Assembly: GCA_008636045.1 (NCBI GenBank)
Contig: SNRW01000045.1
Span: 1 to 35,802, forward strand
Reading direction: 5' to 3'
Source of the DNA: Streblomastix strix
Taxonomy: Eukaryota
Length of the DNA: 35,802 nt
Shown piece after piece: positions 12,733 through 20,256 of the stretch. The position numbers were made by a program, and so were the translations under genes. The notes below the pieces were generated by a model, which was not told where the DNA came from, did no database searches, and saw nothing but the letters and a program-made list of their open reading frames with translations. Within the stretch, counting starts at the first letter, position 1, and each line of letters begins with the position of its first letter.

Positions 12733-13446
12733 TCAAATTAAATCACAATCTCTGAATTAAATTTCCTAAACATACTCTTACTCCTATTTCTAAACAGGAT
12801 TAGGTTTCGGCAGCTTCGCTGACTCGAGTATTGCTCGCTGTTGTTCCTATTCTTCTTAATACTTCTTTTATTTATAACATTTGATTTTTGCTTTGTATTT
12901 TTCGATTTACTTTACTGAATCTTGATGTTATTGCTTAATAAACGAGTTTTCAGTACGTAATCTTATTAACTCTTCTAAATCGACTTATGGTGAAGTATAA
13001 TTTATTTGTGGTTTCTTTATCGTTTTCTATGGAGTTGGCTTTGGAGTTTTCACGGGTTTTTCGATTATAGTTTATTTAGTCTCTTCATCATCGCTGTATA
13101 GCAATTCAGTTTACTGAAATTTACGTTCGTTTTATGAAAATTCGTCATCTTCTTCATCCAAGTACTAACTTCGATAACGGTCCAATTTCATTGGCGACTA
13201 GCTTCGCCTAGTCTCTAGAGACTATTCAATTTAACATTTTGCCGCACGTTTTGGTTTTGTTTAACCTCCGCCTCGTGCTTCCAATAACAATTTAGTTTAT
13301 TATGCTTGAGTCGGAGTCCATACAGATTTCTTTCTTTCTTCATATACTTTGATCTTATCTTTGACTTACATAATATATCCATCATTGTAGTATTCAATTG
13401 GTGTACCGTTTTCCATGAGATTTTTAAGTGTTTTTGCTTGATTCAT
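12733..13446 (-). pseudogene. Viral hypothetical charged/low-complexity protein, ~235 aa
   Basis: ATG 13446 (MNQAKTLKNLMENGTPIEYYNDGYIM); open to TGA 12745-12743, or to 12735-12733 via a likely frameshift near 12880. Confidence 0.65.
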
Positions 13447-13518
13447 CCTGATGTCTGATTTGATTTATATTTAAACTCGCAACTTTAAGTTGCAACCAAA
13501 CCGAAACGTTTCAAAATT

Positions 13519-15339
13519 ATGTCAACAATATAAACAAATCAAATTAGAGTTCATAAAAGCAAACATGCGAGTGTTGTTAAGAAAGAATTATCAGAATAAG
13601 ATAAGACGAGATTATAAGCCATTGATGACGCGATTACAAATGGTTTTAAGAAAGCAATTGAAATACCGCCGCTTTAAATTCCACGGAACCAGCTCTAACC
13701 TATATTTTCACATAAACTGAGCAACGTGGGGACCGAACATGTTTAATCCAGAGATTTAATAATTAATGAACAGAAGGAATTCTAAAGAGGAATTTAAGCT
13801 GACCGTCCACTACGAGCATACAATATTCATAAATATAAAGAGATTGTTCGTGAAACAGCTTAGATTGAACCATAATAAGTTGTAAAGGATGCACACTTAT
13901 CACATCCTAACTTAGAAGTATAGATATTCATTATAGATACAATTTGGAGATATGTTGATTATCGTAAGAATGGTGAAGATTTTAAATTTAACTCGGATAA
14001 TTATATCAAACACTGGGCATTGATAACATTAGAAGAAGAGAAAGATATTATGGTTGTTATGGAAGAACTACTGATGAGATATAATAGTTATACTTCGAAA
14101 AAATACTAGAAGTAAGAGATTGTAAGAGTGGATAATGTACATATAAAAAATGTTTCAAATTCTAATATAGTTAATGTATTATGGAATAGTATTGAGAAGT
14201 TGTATAGGGTTAATAAGGATTTCGTTAGATTTTCTGATAAACTAGAATCAGATATTGGACCTGATGATTTTTGATGAAGATACATATGATTTATTGTTTA
14301 TTTTTGTTGAAAACCAGTGGAAGCAACTTCGTTGCTGAAGGCTACGCCTGAAACCAATGAACAAATAACCGATCTTATTCCGCCATCAGAAGAAGAACTA
14401 AGAGAAATGTAATTAGAATATGAGAAGATGAAGAAATAATAATTAGAAATAGAATCATTATAGAAGTTGTAAAAATAAATAACTTAATAAATAGATAATG
14501 AAATTATAAAATATTTTACTTATTTTAGTTAATACATTAAGAAAATATAAGTAGATTTATCACACTTAGTAACATTAAACACAGCTTAAACTATTACTGG
14601 AACTAAATCATTTACGAATCAAGTTACAGCATAATCTTTTAAAGAACCAGATGGTACTAACTAATAAATTATGCTTGCAAATGGAACGAATTTGAATCAT
14701 TTTAAATTTAGACCTTATTATGATGCTGAATGTGTTGATGGTATAAGAATTTCCAGATATTTAGCAAAATAGACATTGGATTAGAATTCTAGCATATATC
14801 TTGGCTGTTCTAATACTTAGGAAAGTGGTGCTATAAGTGGATAATGGTCAATAAGAGCAAGTAAATTAAATACTTTATTAATTCATCCGAGTAATGATTC
14901 ATAACATGGATTAGCTATGATGAGTGATAGATTAATGTTTAATGATCTCGTAATTTATCCGTCAACTTTATTAACCAGTTATTGTAGTTCAATAACTTTG
15001 AATACAAATGTTTCAATTCCATCAAAATTTTCTACATAATTCGTCTATAAATGGTAAAATATGGTGTTTATTAACATGGTTGTAACAATATATGAGACAT
15101 CATTCAGTTAGAAAGTAGTTACATTAAGCATTCCATAAGATATTAGACCAACATTAGAAAAATAATATATTCCACTTTAAGAAATTTCTATTTCATAAGG
15201 TTCTGCTTATCCAACGAATGTTTTATTAAGAATTAATGGTCCAACTGATGGTTATTACTGGTAAGTATGAAATAATCAAAAATAAAGTTGGGCAACAGGA
15301 AATTCTGTTATAATTAATGGAATGTACTCACTTTAGTGA
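13519..15339 (+). pseudogene. Fibre/receptor-binding-like protein 1, ~600 aa (possibly two genes)
   Basis: ATG 13519, open to 14274. Two apparently compensating indels (~14270, ~14311) join it to a coiled coil, the fibre-like motifs VTLNTAQTITGTKSF (14569-14613) and TAQSFKEPDGTNQQIMLANG, and a head-like C-terminus (YKWQNMVFIN...IPQDIRP...INGMY). In-frame TGA 15268. Confidence 0.65.
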
Positions 15340-15722
15340 GCAGGCAACGAAGTTGCGTATTGCCTTTCAACTTGAGACATTATCATATGTTTTAAGATTC
15401 TATAATTTCAAATACAGAATGTATCTTCACATCTTAGCAAGTTCCTCATCTTATTTTTCAATTATTTCTTTAACGAAATCTTCTATTTATTCATTTTTAT
15501 ACTTAGACCAATGGAAGTAAGAATATTTTTATGATTCTATGCCTTCATTCGTCGTCAGACGTTGTATTATATTTTAGGTTCGTCGACGATAAACAAACTG
15601 AAATTTATAGATAATTATATTCAATGGAACAAAAAGCCACATCAAAATAACTTCATAACTATTTTATTAATGCGATTATTTATGTAAGTTATTCAGGAAT
15701 AGATAATAAAATTACGGATACT

Positions 15723-16862
15723 ATGAAGTTAACACCATAAAATATAGAATTAATTATTAATATTAACAAATTCATTTGTTTATTTAGTAAATAACGTTAT
15801 CCGAGATATAATCCGTAACATTTACTGACAATTCTATGTTAGATGAATGCAAATCAAAGCCATTGACAAGAAATTCATTATTCTTAATCAATGGCAATCA
15901 CTATATATAGTTGGTGCAGTTGATTCAGGAAAAACTTCTTTATTAAATAAACTGATAGTAACCTATAAATAATGAATTAATCCATTTATTTTATACTTCT
16001 CCAACTTTGGTGCTGATGAGACTATGACATTGAATCTAAACTCGAAGAATATCGTATTAACCATCATAACTTATGAAGAAGCAATATATTTCTTACCAAA
16101 TTTTGATGAAATCAAGTATATGGTAAAAGAAATCTATACATATTGGAAACTAAGAGAAGTTAACATCCCTTTTAAATCCGATTTCATACAAAGAATGAAA
16201 GAAAGAATATCATTAACTAATGTAATTAAAGAGATTCCTGCATCACTTCGTTCCTTGTAAGTGCGTTCGGCATAACTAAAGTAATCTTAAAAAGACTATG
16301 TAAAACGAATTGCATATTTATTTTAATAAGGATATATCAATATAATTATCAAATATAGTGTTCCAACAAAAATAATGAGATTTACAATTCAAGCAATGAT
16401 TCAAAATGTTTAATTCGAAAAAAACTAAAAATCGAACTATAGTATTATTAAGCCGACGCTGAATTAAAAGTAATAAAAATTTCAATAATATTTCATAGTT
16501 CACTGTTAAATTCGCTGTTAATATTTGATGACATAGGAAGTAATGCTGATATTTAAAGATTCTCTTCACGATTAGCTAGAATAATAACTCATTTAGTTTC
16601 TGACAGTAGACATAGCAAAAATACTGTGTTCTTTGTTGCATAACGGCCAAGTTACTTGTTCAAAACAGCAAGAATATTATCTCATGTTATGTGTTTAGAG
16701 GTTAGTCTATCAGAATTTGATTTAAAACAAGCTTATGAAGAAAATTCTATACAGAATCTTGATTTTGATGAGTTTATGTTATTGTATGGAACTCTGAATA
16801 AATATGGGTTCATAATACTTAATAAATGGGAATCACGTTATGAGATCTTAAAGAATGAATGA
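15723..16862 (+). pseudogene. A32/FtsK-family DNA packaging ATPase
   Basis: Walker A GAVDSGKTS 15913-15939; Walker B LLIFDD 16515-16532; A32-type SRHSKNTVFFVAQ and KTAR motifs. Frameshifts near 15820, 15905 and 16310; in-frame TGA 15973. Confidence 0.88.
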
Positions 16863-17991
16863 ATGACAATTAAATTCATGACAGATTCTATATTTGCATA
16901 ACTTCCAAATGGCGCAGGCAAAAATCTTGAGTTAGTAATAGATCTAAGTTATTCGTTCTTTGATTTAATCAGATTTCCAATATTTGATGCATTATTCAAG
17001 AAAATCATCAAGTTACAGTAGTTAATTATCAGGAAGTAAATATTAATTAACAGTTGATGACTAAAACTCATTAATATATGCGCCAATAGATGATCCTTAA
17101 AATTTTGCTGTGAAACTGCAAACAAATGGTGTTATGACATTGAAGAATATAAATTTATTAAATAATGATTTCCTAGCAAAAATAACTGCATTAGAATAAG
17201 AAGTTAATTTAATATAATAGACTTTGGTAACTGCAACTTAAGATATTGGTGGTTTATAATAATAAACTTATGTAATTAATGAAGAACTTTATAGATAAAC
17301 ACATTTTAGAGGATACTATTTATTGAACACAGATATATAATAATTAGAAAACTATGCCAATGGTGATTTTGCATTCTCAGCTGAAAGTGGAACAGTATGG
17401 ATGTATGATAATAATTGGTATAACAGTGGAGATATCGTTCCTGATTAAGTAACTCCTGCAAGTGATGCTATTCCATTAACTGATAGTGAAAATGGAGATG
17501 CAGGAACTTCAAATGAGTATTCTCGTGGAGATCATAAGCATCCACTATAAATATCTGATGTTTTACCAAGTAAAGATACATCAATTGGTACTGTTGGATT
17601 AGCTAGTTATTATGCTAGATCTAATCATTAACATCCAATTCAGACTATAGATACTACTCCAGTTAGTGATACAGCAGATGGATCATATGGTACAGTTGAA
17701 TCATACGCTAGAAATGATCATTCACATCCAATTAATGTCTAAACCAATGCTTCAATTGTACCTATAGTTAATGATGTTGGAAATAATGGAACTTCAGCAT
17801 ATTATTCAAGAAATGATCATGTTCATCCACAATAATTAACTTATGATGGAAATGTAACTGCTACTAAATTTATTAAATCCGGAGGATTTTCTACAGAAAT
17901 TCTATGTGCTAATGGAGATACAACTGCAATATCAACTATGAAGATAAAGATTTAATAAGAACAACGATATCACCACTAAAAATTCTGTTGA
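16863..17991 (+). pseudogene. Fibre-like protein 2 with HxH repeats, 3'-truncated
   Basis: ATG immediately after the ATPase stop; frameshift near 17020; coiled coil; FRGYY...NGDFAF...GTVWMYD; four HxHP repeats; TATKFIKSGGFSTEILCANG; fibre-like sequence ends at ~17933. Confidence 0.72.
17503..17829 (+). repeat. Four 31-33 aa coding repeats, GxxxxY(S/A)Rx(D/N)HxHP
   Basis: First His codons at 17533, 17626, 17719 and 17818 (spacing 93, 93, 99 nt). Confidence 0.9.
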
Positions 17992-18374
17992 GTTAAAATA
18001 AATAAGATTCATAACATATATTACTTAAGGAATTAATAAGAATTAATAAGTAATTCACAACATAATAGAGTAAATTATAGTTAATTAAATAATTTGTTGA
18101 TGATGAAGACTATAAGAATAAAATATATGGTGAAAATAATAAATACTATACAAATGAATATAATCAAATCAAGAAAAAGATGGATTTGAATCGATAACTA
18201 TAATTGATAAAGAAACATATTATATCTAAAGCAACTGATGACGAAAAATAGATGTATAATTAATTTGTCATGGATGTAGATAATCAATTATTATGTCGAT
18301 ACTACCAACTTCATTAGTTGGCAAGCAACTCCGTTGCCTTGTAACTGATGCAATTAAGCGTATCTAAATAATGA
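17934..18374 (+). pseudogene. 5'-truncated viral hypothetical protein
   Basis: Open code-6 frame NYEDKDLIRTTISPLKILL... to TGA 18372-18374, with no start codon at the junction with fibre 2. Confidence 0.5.
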
Positions 18375-18578
18375 ATATAATTTATTATATCTTACGTTTT
18401 ATCAAGAATAATTCCAAATCTATCATTATATTCTTACTTTTTTTTATTCATGGAACTATTTTTACTCACCATCTAATTCCTTATCATCAATAAGTGCTTC
18501 AAATATTTTAAACACATTATATTCAGATGCGTTATATATTTTTCCAAGAGATTACGCAAGTTAATCCAATTGCTCCAT
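18311..18578 (-). pseudogene. Small viral hypothetical protein, ~89 aa
   Basis: ATG 18578 (MEQLDQLAQSLGKIYNASEY); frameshift in the homopolymer at ~18440; 3' end overlaps the convergent ORF across a hairpin. Confidence 0.45.
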
Positions 18579-18623
18579 CTTTACGTTTAGATTTTGAAAA
18601 ATAATTATACAACAAAATATTAA

Positions 18624-18830
18624 TCAGATTTTATTTAAGTATGAATCTACTTTTCCAGCAATGTTTCCAACTGTACCCATAATTCCTCCCATTCCAGGAT
18701 GTAACGTACTTACTGGACCAGCTAACACACCCATTACTTTACTTAATATTGGCGCAACCCAATCCGCAGTTTTCTTAATACCATTAAATATCTTGGAACC
18801 AAAATTTTTCAATCCTGTGAAGAATCCCAT
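18624..18830 (-). CDS. 68-aa amphipathic, putatively membrane-active virion peptide resembling the adenovirus protein VI helix
   Basis: Intact ORF MGFFTGLKNFGSKIFNGIKKTADWVAP...; head-to-head with the putative major capsid gene; N-terminal Met-Gly. Confidence 0.7.
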   Translation of the reverse strand: MGFFTGLKNFGSKIFNGIKKTADWVAPILSKVMGVLAGPVSTLHPGMGGIMGTVGNIAGKVDSYLNKI

Positions 18831-18918
18831 TGTTGTAATAGATTTATTTACTTGTATGTGGATTTGATTAATAATAAAACTTACCCGCTGTTTTAAATCA
18901 TAACCAAATCAACGTAAC

Positions 18919-20250
18919 ATGAGTCTCTCAGCAAGTGCATATGTACAAAAATTTGCAAATGCATAACATTCAGATTACATTTCCATATACTCAGCACTAA
19001 ATGAAGTATTGAAAGCACAATCAATAAATCCTTAAAGTTTCTCAATAAGTAGATAACAATTCTTTGACTAACTCGTAACATAACTAACAGGTGATTGATA
19101 ACGATTTCCACGTGCACCATTAGGTGCTAGAGGCACTGATATATGTTCAATGGTATAAACTTGTTAGGTAAATTGGTAAATAACGATTCCTGGAGAAAGA
19201 TTAGCATTATAAATTAATCAGGCTGCTTTAACTGCAATAACTGGTACTGATGCTGAATAAAAAGCAGCTGCATTACCAAGAACAAATTTCACAGGAAATG
19301 CTGATTATTAATTTGATTATGCTCGAACTATGGCAGCTGGAGCTGATGGTGATACATAATAACCATATAATACTTCAGAACATATCAAATTATGGTTTGA
19401 TTTTTCAACTGCGTGTGGTCAATTTTAATAATTTGCTATTTGTTAAGATAATACAAAACTATGGGATACGTCAATCTATGCAAGAGAATAAGCAGTGATC
19501 TCAGCAAATCCATTATCTGATTTATGTATAAATAATTCAGTGAGCGTATCACCATTGGAATCAATAGTCGCTGGAAAAAGATATTGTGGAATATTTATTG
19601 ATATCCCAGTAGCAGCATTCAATGGAACAGCAGGTGCTTTCAATTATAAAATACCATATCCAATAACATTATCAGGAGTACTTGATTTAAATTAGTTAAA
19701 TCCAATTTTCAATTCATTTCCTGTTCTAACACACAATTATGTATCCTTATATCTATAGTTATGGACATAAGATTTCTTATAAGATCTGAAGATTGTTAGG
19801 TTAAACAAGACAAACATAGTAACAAATGAACATTTTGCATATTAAATGATACCACCAGAAAAACCTGATATAATATTCCTAAGAAATCGTGATAATGTTG
19901 CTTATAATATATGTACTGTTAGAATTGTTATTATGGAAGGAAAATAAGTGACTGAAAAATTTCCTACGAATACGATTTCACAAATAAAAGATGCAATATT
20001 TGATAAATTAGATATAAGCAATATAAGTTTCAATATGGAGAATGAAGAAGCAATTATAGATCTAATTCGAGCTCAAAAAATAATTAACTTCCCAATATAA
20101 GTCATTCGTACTTAATCAATAATTTTTCTTTTCAGTGGCTTTGATGAAAATGAAGGAAGTTTATAGAGTATAATGTCATTTGCTAATATCAAAGCAATAT
20201 ATATGACATTTGAAATGAACTAATATCTATCATGGTTCTTTCCTGTTTTA
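18919..20250 (+). pseudogene. Putative major capsid protein, 3'-truncated
   Basis: ATG 18919; >440 codons in one frame with one in-frame TGA (19096); beta-strand-like, Gly/Ala/Pro-rich. Called from context and composition, not from a recognised homolog. Confidence 0.55.
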
Positions 20251-20256
20251 TTTCTC

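Larger units (their letters stand above)
2505..20250. mobile_element. Endogenous Polinton/Maverick-like virus; decayed, right end truncated, left terminus unresolved (between 2063 and 2505)
   Basis: Dense intronless gene cluster with pPolB, rve integrase, A32 ATPase, putative minor/major capsid and fibre proteins. Many frameshifts. The last gene runs directly into host duplicate sequence at ~20250. Confidence 0.9.

Noticed and set aside
10859..14336. Interpreting CTTCG hairpins as RNA cUUCGg tetraloops or bacterial terminators
   Set aside because: The stems close around TTC (three bases), not UUCG; there are no U-tails; and GTA/GGA loop variants fit GNA on the opposite strand.
15370..15700. 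Possible small minus-strand viral ORF
   Set aside because: A short open frame exists, but I could not establish a start or recognise any motif.
18661..18867. Plus-strand 68-aa ORF
   Set aside because: Antisense shadow of the more coherent minus-strand amphipathic ORF.
2505..20250. Bacterial prophage or contaminant, suggested by the tail-fibre motifs
   Set aside because: The genes use the same TAA/TAG=Gln code as the flanking intron-containing host genes and include the Polinton-type integrase, pPolB and A32 ATPase.
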